Shown: positions 1 to 10,449 of the stretch, piece by piece | Numbering within the stretch: position 1 is the stretch's first letter | Layout: each line of letters starts with the position of its first letter | Assembly: GCA_036386495.1 (NCBI GenBank) | Contig: DASVVP010000129.1 | Span: 3,464 to 67,463, forward strand | Reading direction: 5' to 3' | Length of the DNA stretch: 64,000 nt | Source of the DNA: Allosphingosinicella sp. | GTDB lineage: Bacteria; Pseudomonadota; Alphaproteobacteria; Sphingomonadales; Sphingomonadaceae | Position numbers and translations under genes: made by a program | The notes under the pieces: model-generated | Told to the model about the DNA's origin: nothing | Databases searched by the model: none | Seen by the model: only the letters and a program-made list of their open reading frames with translations

Positions 1-2
1 TC

Positions 3-1640
3 GAGCGCGACGCGGGGCTGCGCGACACCGTCCGGCGGCAGCTCAAGGCGCTGCCCGACGCTGGCCGGGCGCTGGGCCGCCTCGTTGCGGGCCGCGGCGG
101 ACCGCGCGACCTCGGCCAGCTGCGCGACGGGCTGGAGGAAGCGCGGCGGCTGCACGACCGGCTGGCCAGGCTCGACGACCGGCCGCCCCTTCTCGACGAG
201 CTGCTGCCCGCTTTGGTCGGCCATGGCGCCCTCACCGACCTGCTGTCGCGCGCCCTCGTCCCCTCGCCGCCGATCGACGCGGCCCAGGGCGGCTACATCG
301 CCGAGGGCTATGACGCCGCGCTCGACGCGCTTCGCCTCACCGGCGGCGAGGGCCGGCGGGCGATCGCCGGTCTCGAGGCGCGCTACCGCCAGCAGACCGG
401 GATCGCATCGCTCAAGATCCGCCACAACAATGTGCTCGGCTTCCACATCGAGGTGCCGGCCAAAAACGCCGACCGGCTGATGACGGCCGAAAGCGGCTTC
501 ACCCATCGCCAGACGCTGGCGGGAGTGGTGCGCTTCAACGCGCCGGATCTCCACGAGCAGGCGGCGCGGGTTAATCAGGCCGGCGCCCACGCGCTCGACG
601 CCGAGGCTGCGCATCTGGAAGAGCTGACCGAGGCGGCGCTGGCGCGAGCGGAGCCGATCGCCGCCACCGCCGACGCGCTCGCCCGGCTCGACGTCGCCGC
701 CGCGCTCGCCGAGCGGGCGGCGGAGGGCGGCTGGTCGCGGCCGGCCTTCGCCGACACGAACTGTTTCGAGGTCGAAGGCGGCCGGCATCCGGTCGTCGAG
801 GAGGCGCTGCGGGCGAGCGGCGCGCGCTTCGTCGCCAATGACTGCGCCCTCTCGGAGGACGGGCGGCTGTGGCTGGTCACCGGCCCGAACATGGGCGGCA
901 AGTCGACGTTTCTGCGTCAGAACGCGCTGATCGCCGTGCTCGCGCAGGCCGGGTCGTTCGTACCGGCAGCGCGAGTACGCCTCGGCCTCGTCGACCGCTT
1001 GTTCAGCCGCGTCGGCGCCTCGGACAATCTCGCCCGCGGCCGCTCGACCTTCATGGTCGAGATGGTGGAGACGGCGGCGATTCTGAGCCAGGCGACCGAG
1101 CGGAGCTTCGTCATTCTCGACGAGGTGGGCCGCGGCACCTCGACCTATGACGGCCTCGCCATCGCCTGGGCGGTCGTCGAGGCGGTGCACGACCGTAATC
1201 GCTGCCGCTGCCTGTTCGCCACCCATTATCACGAGCTCACGCGGCTGGCGGAGCGCCTGGACGCTCTCTCCCTCCACCATGTCCGCGCGCGCGAATGGAA
1301 AGGCGAGCTGGTCTTCCTGCACGAAGTCGCGCGCGGCGCCGCCGACCGGAGCTACGGCTTGGCCGTCGCCAAGCTCGCGGGTCTGCCCCCGCCGGTCCTT
1401 GCCCGCGCCCGCTCGGTGCTCGCAAAGCTGGAGGAAGGCCGCGCCGCCACCGGGGGGATTGCGGCCGGCCTGGACGATCTGCCGCTGTTCGCCGCCGCCG
1501 CCCAGGAAGCGGTGCAGGCGCCACCGGACCCTGTCGCCAGGGCTCTTGCGGAGGTCGATCCCGACGCGCTCAGTCCCAAGGAAGCGCTGGAGCTCATCTA
1601 CCGCCTGAAGCGCATCGAGGCGGAGCGCACGTCCGACTGA
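3..1640 (+). CDS. mutS: DNA mismatch repair protein MutS (5' end outside window)
   Basis: Walker A TGPNMGGKST, STFMVEM, LDEVGRGTST, FATHYHEL; frame is open from the window start. Confidence 0.97.
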   Translation, partial: ERDAGLRDTVRRQLKALPDAGRALGRLVAGRGGPRDLGQLRDGLEEARRLHDRLARLDDRPPLLDELLPALVGHGALTDLLSRALVPSPPIDAAQGGYIAEGYDAALDALRLTGGEGRRAIAGLEARYRQQTGIASLKIRHNNVLGFHIEVPAKNADRLMTAESGFTHRQTLAGVVRFNAPDLHEQAARVNQAGAHALDAEAAHLEELTEAALARAEPIAATADALARLDVAAALAERAAEGGWSRPAFADTNCFEVEGGRHPVVEEALRASGARFVANDCALSEDGRLWLVTGPNMGGKSTFLRQNALIAVLAQAGSFVPAARVRLGLVDRLFSRVGASDNLARGRSTFMVEMVETAAILSQATERSFVILDEVGRGTSTYDGLAIAWAVVEAVHDRNRCRCLFATHYHELTRLAERLDALSLHHVRAREWKGELVFLHEVARGAADRSYGLAVAKLAGLPPPVLARARSVLAKLEEGRAATGGIAAGLDDLPLFAAAAQEAVQAPPDPVARALAEVDPDALSPKEALELIYRLKRIEAERTSD

Positions 1641-1675
1641 CGACAATCGGGCTCGGACGCCTTAGATCAGGTTGG

Positions 1676-4414
1676 ATGCCGACGCGTTTCGCCTCGATCC
1701 CCGCCAAGCGCGCGATCATCGACCGCCGCGTCCTGGCGGACGCCATCGGCACCGCCACCCGCGGCGAAGCGACCGCCCTGTTGCGCGCGGCTCTGGCCGA
1801 AGGTCGGGCCGAGATCGCCCGGCGGCTCGAGGAGAGGCCGTGGCAGGGGAGCGAGGCCGCCGCCGCTTACGCCTTCTTGACCGATCAGATCGTCCGGCTC
1901 GTCCACGATCAGGCGCTGAGGGAGCATCCCGTCGCCAATCCGACCGACGCCGAGCGGCTATTGGTCATGGCGGTCGGCGGCTACGGGCGCGGCGAGATGG
2001 CGCTGCATTCGGACGTCGACATCGCCTTCGTCGCCCCCTGGAAACCGACGGGCTGGGCGGAGCAGATGGTCGAGTCGATGCTCTACCTGCTTTGGGACCT
2101 GAAGCTGAAGGTGGGCCAGTCGCTCCGCTCGATCGACGAGCTGGTCGCGATCGCGGCCAAGGACCATACGGTGCGCACCGCTGTGCTGGAGGCGCGCTAC
2201 GTCTGGGGGGACGAGCGGCTCTGGGACGAGGTGGAGACGCGGTTCCGCCTCGACGCAGCTTCCCGCGACGTCGCCGCTTTCGTCACCGCCAAGCTCGACG
2301 AGCGCAACCAGCGCCACCGCCGGCTCGGCGACAGCCGCTACGTGGTCGAGCCCAATATCAAGGACGGCAAAGGCGGCCTGCGCGACCTTCACACGCTCTA
2401 CTGGATCGGCAAATATGCCTATCGGGTTGCCTCGATCGGCGAGCTGGTCGAGAAAGGGCTGCTGTCGCCGGCGGAGCTCGGGCGCTTCCGGAAGGCGGAG
2501 CGCTTCCTCTGGGCGGTGCGCTGCCATCTCCACATCCTCGCCGGCCGGGCCGAGGAGCGCCTGACCTTCGACTATCAGCGCGAGATCGCGGCGCGGATGC
2601 ACTATGCCGATCGGCCCGGCAAGACGCCGGTCGAGCGCTTCATGCGCCATTATTTCCTGCACGCGCGCACCGTGGGGGACCTCAGCGGCATCTTCCTGTC
2701 CCATATCGACGAGACCTTCGCCAGGCGCGGCCGCCGCTTCGGGCTGCCCGCGATCCGCCGCAGGCCGGGCAAACTGAACGGCTTTCTGCTCGACCGCGGG
2801 CGATTGGCGGTGCCGGACGACGGCTTCTTCGCCGGGGATCCGGTGCGGCTGATCGAGCTGTTCGCGCTCGCCGACCGCTACGCCCTGGAGATCCACCCCC
2901 AGGCGATGCGCGCCGCCGGGCGCGACTCGCGGCTGATCGACCAGGCGGTCCGCGCCGATCCCCGCGCGAACGCCCTCTTCCTCGACGTCTTGACATCACC
3001 GCGCGACCCGGAGACGGTGCTCAGATGGATGAACGAGGCGGGGGTGTTCGGCCGCTTCGTTCCCGATTTCGGCCGCGTCGTCGCGCAGATGCAGTTCGAC
3101 ATGTACCACCATTATACGGTCGACGAGCATTCGATCCGGGCGATCGGCCTGCTCTCGAGGATCGAGCGCGGCGAACTCAAGGAGGACCATTCGCTCGCCG
3201 CCGCTTTGTTCAAGCAGATCGCCTCGCGCCGCGCCCTCTACGTCGCCGTGCTGCTCCACGACATCGCCAAGGGCCGCGGCGGCGACCACAGCCTGCTCGG
3301 CGCCGAGGTGGCGCGCGAGCTGTGCCCGAGGCTCGGTCTCAGCCCCGCAGAGACCGAGACGGTGGCCTGGCTCGTGCGCTGGCACCTCCTGATGTCGGCG
3401 ACCGCCTTCAAGCGCGACCTCGCCGACCCCAAGACGCTGCAGGACTTCGCCGAGCGGGTGAAGAGCCCGGAGCGGCTGCGGCTGCTGTTCCTGCTCACCG
3501 TGGTCGACATCCGCGCGGTCGGGCCGGGCGTGTGGAACGGCTGGAAGCGCCAGCTGCTGCGCGAACTGTTCGACGCGGCCGAGGAGCTGCTGCGCCTCGG
3601 CCACAAGCAGAAGGGGCGCGGCGAGCGGATCGCAGCGGTCCAGGCCGAGCTCGCCGGGCGGCTGGAGTGGGACGACCCGCATTTCACCCGCCTCGCCTGG
3701 CGGCTGCCGGATTCCTACTGGCTCGCCGAACCGATCGACCTCATCGAAAAGAACGCCCGCTTCGTCGACGCGGCCGACCGCAACCCGCGGCGAGCCAAGC
3801 CGCTCGCGGTCAGTATCCAGGAGGAGCGCGGCGCCACCCTCCTGACCGTGTACGCCAAGGACCGGCCGGGGCTCTTCTATCGCCTCGCCGCGGCGATCAG
3901 CCTCGCCGGCGCCAACATCATCGACGCGCGCGTCCACACCACCAACGACGGCATGGCGCTCGACAATTTCCTGATCCAGGACGGCGAGGCGACTCCGTTC
4001 GACGATCCGCACCAGCTCAGGCGGCTCGACGAGGCCGTGACCGAGGCGGTCAACGGCGCCGAGCCCTCGATCGAACGGCTCGAGGCCAAGGCGCTGCCGC
4101 GAGTCCGCGCCGAGACGTTCCGGATCGAGCCGGTCGTGTTCGCCGACAATCAGGCTTCGAGCCGCTACACCGTCGTCGAGGTCAACGCGCGGGACCGTGC
4201 CGCCCTGCTCAGCGGCCTCGCCCGCGCGATCCTCGACAGCCGCGCAATCATCCACTCCGCGCATATCGCCACTTATGGCGAGCGCGCGGTGGACGTCTTT
4301 TATCTGACCGATCTGCAGGGCGCGAAGATCGAGAATCCGGCGAGGCTGAAGACGCTACAGTCGCGCCTGTTGCGCGCGGCGCGCGCGGGAGAGGCGGAGC
4401 GCGCGGCGGCTTAG
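1676..4414 (+). CDS. glnD: [Protein-PII] uridylyltransferase / uridylyl-removing enzyme
   Basis: AVGGYGRGE..SDVD nucleotidyltransferase motif, HD domain (YTVDEH, LLHDIAKG), two C-terminal ACT domains; start placed at ATG 1676. Confidence 0.96.
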   Translation: MPTRFASIPAKRAIIDRRVLADAIGTATRGEATALLRAALAEGRAEIARRLEERPWQGSEAAAAYAFLTDQIVRLVHDQALREHPVANPTDAERLLVMAVGGYGRGEMALHSDVDIAFVAPWKPTGWAEQMVESMLYLLWDLKLKVGQSLRSIDELVAIAAKDHTVRTAVLEARYVWGDERLWDEVETRFRLDAASRDVAAFVTAKLDERNQRHRRLGDSRYVVEPNIKDGKGGLRDLHTLYWIGKYAYRVASIGELVEKGLLSPAELGRFRKAERFLWAVRCHLHILAGRAEERLTFDYQREIAARMHYADRPGKTPVERFMRHYFLHARTVGDLSGIFLSHIDETFARRGRRFGLPAIRRRPGKLNGFLLDRGRLAVPDDGFFAGDPVRLIELFALADRYALEIHPQAMRAAGRDSRLIDQAVRADPRANALFLDVLTSPRDPETVLRWMNEAGVFGRFVPDFGRVVAQMQFDMYHHYTVDEHSIRAIGLLSRIERGELKEDHSLAAALFKQIASRRALYVAVLLHDIAKGRGGDHSLLGAEVARELCPRLGLSPAETETVAWLVRWHLLMSATAFKRDLADPKTLQDFAERVKSPERLRLLFLLTVVDIRAVGPGVWNGWKRQLLRELFDAAEELLRLGHKQKGRGERIAAVQAELAGRLEWDDPHFTRLAWRLPDSYWLAEPIDLIEKNARFVDAADRNPRRAKPLAVSIQEERGATLLTVYAKDRPGLFYRLAAAISLAGANIIDARVHTTNDGMALDNFLIQDGEATPFDDPHQLRRLDEAVTEAVNGAEPSIERLEAKALPRVRAETFRIEPVVFADNQASSRYTVVEVNARDRAALLSGLARAILDSRAIIHSAHIATYGERAVDVFYLTDLQGAKIENPARLKTLQSRLLRAARAGEAERAAA

Positions 4415-4422
4415 GGCGGTAA

Positions 4423-4487
4423 GGGACAGTCACTTTTCCCGCCGCCGTACGAACTCGTACACGGCGGCGCGTAAAAGTGACTGTCCC
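4423..4487. repeat. Nested inverted repeat (REP-like element / possible bidirectional terminator) between convergent glnD and TBDR
   Basis: GGGACAGTCACTTTT (4423-4437) pairs with AAAAGTGACTGTCCC (4473-4487); inner CGCCGCCGT/ACGGCGGCG. Confidence 0.8.
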
Positions 4488-4499
4488 CTTCGTCCCCTT

Positions 4500-7403
4500 C
4501 TAGAAGCGGAAGCGGCCGGTGATGCCGAAGGTGCGCGGCTCGGCGAGGAAGCTCGAGAAGAGCTGGTTCGCCGGAGAGCCGGACACCTGCGGAGCGCCGA
4601 CGCCCGCGCCCCAATTCTGGACGTGAGCGCGCGAGTTCGATCCCTGGAAGGGCGAGTTGAACGCGACCTGCTGATAATCGACGTTGAACAGGTTCTGCGC
4701 CCACAGCTCGAGCGCCCAGCGCTGCTGCGGCCCGCGAATGCCGAGGCGCGCATTGACCAGGGTGAAGCTGTCCTGGACCTTCTCGGGGAACAGGTCGGAG
4801 CCCGTATTGTAGCCCGCGCTGGTCCGCTGATCGACATAGAAGAGGCCGGTCATGCCGCTGGTGCCGAGCCGCGGAGTCCAGGTCATCGAGCTGGTGACGA
4901 CCAGCTCAGGCGCATTCGAGAGATTCTGGCCCGGAAGCTGGAACAGCGACGGATCGAGCGGCGCGCCGGTGTTGCGGCCGACCAGATCGTCCTGGTAGCG
5001 GGTCTGCGCGTAGGTGAGGCCGCCGGTGAACTGGAGGTCGCGGCGCGGATAGATCGCCGTCTCCAGCTCGATGCCGGTAGTGGTGACTCCGTGCTCGACG
5101 TCATCCGCCGCGCAGGCGCCCGTTCCCGACGACGGATCCCGGTCGGCGTCCATCGACTGGTTGTTGAAGGTCGTCGGCGCGAACGGCTCGCCGCAGCCGT
5201 TGATGTTCTGGACGATGAAGACCGAGCCGTTGAACGTGTTCAGCTGGAAGTCGCTGAACTGCTGGTGGAAGGCGGCGACGTTGAAGATGAAGTTGCGCCG
5301 CGTGTATTTGATGCCGACCTCGAACGCGTTGACGATCTCGGCGTCGAACTGAAGGTTACCGGTGCCGAACGGCTGGCCCCGGGCGCCGGTGTTGCGCGGA
5401 TCGTTGGGCGCGAAGACCGGCGATCCGAGCGCCGAGCGGTCGAGATTGAAGCCGCCCGCTTTGTAGCCCCGCGAATAGCTTCCGTAGAGCAGGAACTCGG
5501 AGTTCGGGCGATAGGAGAGGATTGCCGTCCCGGTCCACTCGTCCTCGTCGCGCTCGTCGCTGAGGTTGAGCGCGTTGAGCGAGCTCGAGCTGTTGCCCTG
5601 GCAGGTGAGGTTGACGAGGCCCTGCGCCAGCGCCTGAACGCTGGTCGCGGGGGCGCCGGGCGTGGCGCCGCTCCCGGGCAGCGGCGTCGCCCCGCCGGTC
5701 AGGAAGTTGGCGAAGGCCGCCTGCTGCACCGGGCAGACGGTGTTGTTGTTGTTGAAGGTGGCGCTGAATTCCTTGTTCTCGTTGGTGTAGCGCAGGCCGA
5801 GGGTGAGGCTGACCTCGTCCGAGATGTTGAAGATATTGTGGGTGAAGATCGCCCAGTTGCGGCTGTCCTGATTATAATTGGCGCTATTATCGCCGACATT
5901 GTTGACCGTGTAGAGCCGCTGCAGGCCGCCCGCGAGCAGCGCGCCGGCGCCGCCGAGGGCGCCGGTGCCGCTGAACGGCTGGCCGGGCGCGGTGGCCGCC
6001 GCGCTGAGGCAGCCCGGATTGCCGGGATTGCGCAGCGCCGCGACCGGCGAGACCAGGGTGATGAACCGGCACGAGGCGAAGCGGCCGTAGTCGGCGCCGA
6101 AGCGCAGATTGTCGCGGACGTGGAGGTCTTCGCTCGAGAAATAGCCGCCGACCAGCCAGTCGAGCGCTCCGCCGAACGCGGAGCCCTGCAGCCTGAGCTC
6201 CTGGGAGAGGGTGCGGAAGGACCGGAAGGCGTTGCCGTCGTCCTCGCGGTAGAGGATGTCGAGATTGTTGTAGTCGACGTCGCCCGGCTGCTCGGACCGG
6301 TAGTTGCGATAGGCGGTGATCGAGGTCAGGCGCGCGCCGCCGAGATCGTAGTCGATCTGGCCGGAGACGCCCCAGTCCCGGGTGTCGCCGCGATAGGTGC
6401 GGCCGGGCGTGATCGCGATCTCGCGGTCGAACGCGTTGGGCGGGAAGATCGCGCCCAATTGCGTCATCACGTCGACGATGCGGTTCGACGCCGCCACCGA
6501 ATAGTCGCCGGTGACGCCAGGCGTCGGGTCGAACGTTTCGAGCCGCGAAATGTAGACGGCGCCGCAACAGCTCTCGTCGCGGGTGGTGTAGTCGCCGATC
6601 AGCCGGATCGAGAGCGCATCGTTCGGCTCGAACAGCAATTGGGCGCGGGTGAAGAGGCGGTTGCGGTTGTTGACGCGGCTCTCGGTGCCGTTGGCGGCAT
6701 TGATCACGTCGTAGAAGCCGTCGCGGCGGACGCCGACGGCGTCGACCCGGAAGGCGAGCGTCTCGCTGAGCGGACCGGTCACGCCGAGCTGGCCGCGCAT
6801 GTAATCGTAATTGCCGTAGGTGAGCTCGACATTGCCGCCGAATTCGAATTCCGGCCGGCGGCTAATGATGTGGATGAGGCCCGCGGACGCGTTGCGGCCG
6901 AACAGGGTGCCCTGCGGGCCGCGCAGCACCTCGATGCGCTCGATCTCGCCGAGCTCGTTCATGCCGACGCCGGCGCGCGAACGGTAGACGCCGTCGATGA
7001 ACACCGCGACCGAGCTTTCGAGGCCCGGATTGTCGCCGACCGTGCCGATGCCGCGGATACGGGGCGCCGCATTGGCCTCGGTGCCGGTCGAGGAGACCAG
7101 CAGCGAGGGGGCGAGCTGGTTCAGCTGGCGGATGTCGTTGGCGCCGGAATTCTGCAGCGACTGGCCGGACACCGCCGAGACGGCGAGCGGGACGTCCTGC
7201 AGGATCTGGCGGCGGCCCTGGGCGGTGACGACGATGTCCGGCGCGCCGTCATTGCCGGTCTCGCCTTCCTGGACCGCGGCCTGCTCGGTGGGGCTGTCGG
7301 TCGGGGCCGGCTGCTGGTCGGGCTGCGCCGGCGTCGGCTGGGCGTAAGCGGGCGTCGCGATTGCGAACATGCCGGCGGACAGCAGCCACGTATATTTGGA
7401 CAT
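4500..7403 (-). CDS. TonB-dependent outer-membrane receptor
   Basis: Signal peptide, TonB box DIVVTA, plug motif ERIEVLRGPQGTLFGRNASAG, C-terminal Phe. Confidence 0.95.
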   Translation of the reverse strand: MSKYTWLLSAGMFAIATPAYAQPTPAQPDQQPAPTDSPTEQAAVQEGETGNDGAPDIVVTAQGRRQILQDVPLAVSAVSGQSLQNSGANDIRQLNQLAPSLLVSSTGTEANAAPRIRGIGTVGDNPGLESSVAVFIDGVYRSRAGVGMNELGEIERIEVLRGPQGTLFGRNASAGLIHIISRRPEFEFGGNVELTYGNYDYMRGQLGVTGPLSETLAFRVDAVGVRRDGFYDVINAANGTESRVNNRNRLFTRAQLLFEPNDALSIRLIGDYTTRDESCCGAVYISRLETFDPTPGVTGDYSVAASNRIVDVMTQLGAIFPPNAFDREIAITPGRTYRGDTRDWGVSGQIDYDLGGARLTSITAYRNYRSEQPGDVDYNNLDILYREDDGNAFRSFRTLSQELRLQGSAFGGALDWLVGGYFSSEDLHVRDNLRFGADYGRFASCRFITLVSPVAALRNPGNPGCLSAAATAPGQPFSGTGALGGAGALLAGGLQRLYTVNNVGDNSANYNQDSRNWAIFTHNIFNISDEVSLTLGLRYTNENKEFSATFNNNNTVCPVQQAAFANFLTGGATPLPGSGATPGAPATSVQALAQGLVNLTCQGNSSSSLNALNLSDERDEDEWTGTAILSYRPNSEFLLYGSYSRGYKAGGFNLDRSALGSPVFAPNDPRNTGARGQPFGTGNLQFDAEIVNAFEVGIKYTRRNFIFNVAAFHQQFSDFQLNTFNGSVFIVQNINGCGEPFAPTTFNNQSMDADRDPSSGTGACAADDVEHGVTTTGIELETAIYPRRDLQFTGGLTYAQTRYQDDLVGRNTGAPLDPSLFQLPGQNLSNAPELVVTSSMTWTPRLGTSGMTGLFYVDQRTSAGYNTGSDLFPEKVQDSFTLVNARLGIRGPQQRWALELWAQNLFNVDYQQVAFNSPFQGSNSRAHVQNWGAGVGAPQVSGSPANQLFSSFLAEPRTFGITGRFRF

Positions 7404-7620
7404 CTAACCCTCCCCATTTATCTGTTTGGGCAAGAGCTAGCCAAAAGCGCCCCCTCTCGCCAGCGCAAAAGGGCGGTTTTCCGCGGCGCGCGGCCGATTA
7501 TTGCATTTGCGCAACTATTCGGTTGCAGAACGCAACCAAGCCGTTTCCACGGGGTGGGCGTCTTCCGCTACGGAATGCTCGATTTAGCTCATGTAGAAGC
7601 GCCAAGCGCGAGCGCGCGTG

Positions 7621-8163
7621 CTATTTCGGGGACAGCACCATCAGCATCTGGCGGCCTTCCATGCGCGGATGCTGCTCGACCTTGGCGGTCTCCGCGACAT
7701 CGCCCTGGACACGCTGGAGGAGACGCATGCCGAGCTCGCCATGGGCCAGCTCGCGGCCGCGGAAGCGCAGCGTCACCTTGACCTTGTCGCCCTCGCCGAT
7801 GAAGTCCCTGACCTTGCGCATCTTCACGTCGTAATCGTGATCGTCGATGTTCGGACGCATCTTGATCTCCTTGATCTCCTGCGTCTTCTGGGTCTTGCGG
7901 GCGAGGTTGGCCTTTTTCTGGGCCTCGTATTTGAACTTGCCGACATCGAGGAACTTGCAGACCGGGGGATCGGCGTTCGGCGACACCTCGACCAGGTCGA
8001 GTCCGACTTCGGCGGCCTGTTCGATCGCTTCGGGGGTCAGCATCACCCCCAGATTCTCGCCATTCTCATCGATCACGCGCACCTTGGGCACGGAGATGAA
8101 TTCGTTGAAGCGAGGGCCGTGCAGCGGCGGCGCCTGCGGGCGCCGGATCATGGGCGGACGTAT
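7621..8163 (-). CDS. infC: Translation initiation factor IF-3 (probable ATA start)
   Basis: [36 protein letters not shown]; GGAGA SD 7 nt upstream of in-frame ATA at 8163. Confidence 0.97.
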   Translation of the reverse strand: MRPPMIRRPQAPPLHGPRFNEFISVPKVRVIDENGENLGVMLTPEAIEQAAEVGLDLVEVSPNADPPVCKFLDVGKFKYEAQKKANLARKTQKTQEIKEIKMRPNIDDHDYDVKMRKVRDFIGEGDKVKVTLRFRGRELAHGELGMRLLQRVQGDVAETAKVEQHPRMEGRQMLMVLSPK

Positions 8164-8303
8164 AGCAGTTTCTCCATCAAGGCATTCGGGACGAGGAGAG
8201 TTAGTCTCTCCGCGTAGGGAATGAAAGGCGCGCGCAACGCAGGCGCGACTTTTCCGCCACGCCTGTTGCCGTTCGGTCGCGTGGATGCAACCCGATCTCG
8301 ATT

Positions 8304-10304
8304 TCAGGCCCGATCAGGCGGCAGAGCCTCGAGGCGCAGCCGCTCGACCACCACGTCCAGCGGCAGCACTTCCTGCCGGGCATCGGTGCCGAGCGGGCGC
8401 AGCGCTACGGTGCGCTCCTCGGCCTCGCGCTTGCCGAGGACCAGCAGGTTGGGGACCTTCCTCAAGCTGTGCTCGCGGACCTTGTAGTTGATCTTCTCGT
8501 TGCGGAGGTCCGCCTCGACGCGGAGGCCCACAGCCGCCAGCGCGGCGACGACTTCCCGCGCATAATCGTCCGCGTCGGAAACGATCGTCGCCACCACCGC
8601 CTGGACCGGCGCGAGCCAGGCGGGGAAGCGACCGGCATGGTGCTCGATCAAGATGCCGATGAAGCGCTCGAACGTGCCGAGGATGGCGCGGTGGAGCATC
8701 ACCGGGCGGTGGCGCTGGCCGTCCTCGCCCACGTAGGAAGCGTCGAGCCGCTCCGGCAGCACGGTGTCGGCCTGCACGGTGCCGACCTGCCAGGTGCGGC
8801 CGATCGCGTCGGTGAGATGGAATTCCAGCTTGGGCGCGTAGAAGGCGCCTTCGCCGGGCAGCTCTTCCCAGCCATATTCGCTCGTATCGCGGCCGGCCGC
8901 GCGGACCGCATAGCGCAGCTCCTGCTCCGCATGGTCCCATTCCTCGTCCGAGCCGAAGCGCTGGTCGGGCCGGAGCGCGAGCTTGATCGCATAGCTTTCG
9001 AAGCCGAGCTCGCGGTAGATCTCATCGAGCAGGTCGCAGAAGATCCGCACCTCCTCGATCACCTGGTCGGCGCGGCAGAAGATGTGGGCGTCGTCCTGGG
9101 TGAACTGGCGCACGCGAAGGATGCCATGGAGCGCGCCGTGCGGCTCGTTCCGGTGGCAGGTGCCCATCTCGGCGAGGCGGAGCGGCAGGTCGCGGTACGA
9201 CTTGATGCCCTGCTTGAAGATGAGGACGTGGGCCGGACAGTTCATCGGCTTGAGCGCCATCAGGTCGCCTTCGCCGGAGAGGACCGGCCCCTCCTCCTCG
9301 ACATTGGGCACCTCGTCCGGGACGACGAACATGTTCTCGCGATATTTGCCCCAGTGGCCGGACTGTTCCCACTGGCGCGCGTCCATCAGCTGCGGGGTCT
9401 TGACCTCCTGATAGCCGGCCGCGTCGAGCTTCCGCCGCAGATAGGCTTCCAGCGCGCGCCACACGACGAAGCCGTTGGGGTGCCAGAAGACCGAGCCCTG
9501 CGCCTCCGCCTGGAGGTGGAACAGGTCCATGTCCTGGCCGATCTTGCGGTGGTCGCGCTTGGCGGCCTCCTCGATCCGGACGAGATGCGCCTCGAGCTGC
9601 TTCCTGTTGAGCCAGCCGGTGCCGTAGATGCGCGACAGCATCGGGTTCTTCTGGTCGCCGCGCCAGTAAGCGCCGGAAACCCGGGTGAGCTTGAACGCCT
9701 GCGGATCGAGCTTGCCCGTCGAGGCCAGATGCGGGCCGCGGCAGAGGTCGAGCCAGCCGCCCGAGCGATACATGGTGATGGTCTCGTCGGCCGGAAGCTC
9801 CATCACCCATTCGGCCTTGAACGCCTCGCCCTGCCTCTCGAAGAAGGCGCGGACGTCGTCGCGGCTCCAGACCTCGCGCACCAGCGGCTCGTCGCGGGCG
9901 ATGACGCGGCGCATCTCCTCCTCGATCGCCGGCAGGTCCTCGTCGGTGAACGGACCCCGGCCGGGAGCCGGCGCGAAATCGTAATAGAAGCCGTCCTCGG
10001 TCGCCGGGCCGAAGGTGATCTGGGTGCCGGGGAACAGGTTCTGCACCGCCTCGGCGAGGACGTGCGCATAATCGTGGCGGACGAGCTCGAGCGCGTCCTT
10101 TTCGTCGCGGGCCGTGATCAGGGCCAGCTCGGCATCGCCCTCGAACGGGCGCATGATGTCGCGCACCTCACCATTGACGCGCGCCGCCATCGCCGCCTTG
10201 GCGAGGCCCGGCCCGATCGCCGCGGCCACGTCGGCCGGCGTGGTCCCCGGCTCGACCTCGCGAACGGAACCGTCGGGGAGGCGGATCGAGAACATTTCCG
10301 ACAT
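8304..10304 (-). CDS. thrS: Threonine--tRNA ligase
   Basis: TGS N-terminus (IRLPDGS), [30 protein letters not shown]; start MSEMF at 10304. Confidence 0.97.
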   Translation of the reverse strand: MSEMFSIRLPDGSVREVEPGTTPADVAAAIGPGLAKAAMAARVNGEVRDIMRPFEGDAELALITARDEKDALELVRHDYAHVLAEAVQNLFPGTQITFGPATEDGFYYDFAPAPGRGPFTDEDLPAIEEEMRRVIARDEPLVREVWSRDDVRAFFERQGEAFKAEWVMELPADETITMYRSGGWLDLCRGPHLASTGKLDPQAFKLTRVSGAYWRGDQKNPMLSRIYGTGWLNRKQLEAHLVRIEEAAKRDHRKIGQDMDLFHLQAEAQGSVFWHPNGFVVWRALEAYLRRKLDAAGYQEVKTPQLMDARQWEQSGHWGKYRENMFVVPDEVPNVEEEGPVLSGEGDLMALKPMNCPAHVLIFKQGIKSYRDLPLRLAEMGTCHRNEPHGALHGILRVRQFTQDDAHIFCRADQVIEEVRIFCDLLDEIYRELGFESYAIKLALRPDQRFGSDEEWDHAEQELRYAVRAAGRDTSEYGWEELPGEGAFYAPKLEFHLTDAIGRTWQVGTVQADTVLPERLDASYVGEDGQRHRPVMLHRAILGTFERFIGILIEHHAGRFPAWLAPVQAVVATIVSDADDYAREVVAALAAVGLRVEADLRNEKINYKVREHSLRKVPNLLVLGKREAEERTVALRPLGTDARQEVLPLDVVVERLRLEALPPDRA

Positions 10305-10449
10305 TTTGGGGTACCAGGCTCCGGCTTGCGATGGGCGGCGCTTCTTAGGGGAGCGGCGGTTCGCGTTCAAGCAACGGCGCCCCCGCACAAGCCGCTTGCC
10401 CTGCCTGACGCGGCGTTGCACGTTCGGCGCGGGAAGAGGGGCTTTATCG

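Noticed and set aside
5740-5756. (GTT)n run in the TBDR gene
   Set aside because: Encodes FNNNNT in frame; too short to suggest phase variation.
4623-7781. 1052-aa plus-strand ORF, and similar very long ORFs (8469-12179, 46672-48984, 35948-37372, 1672-4422)
   Set aside because: Antisense or alternate-frame shadows of real genes, expected in high-GC DNA; no recognisable motifs.
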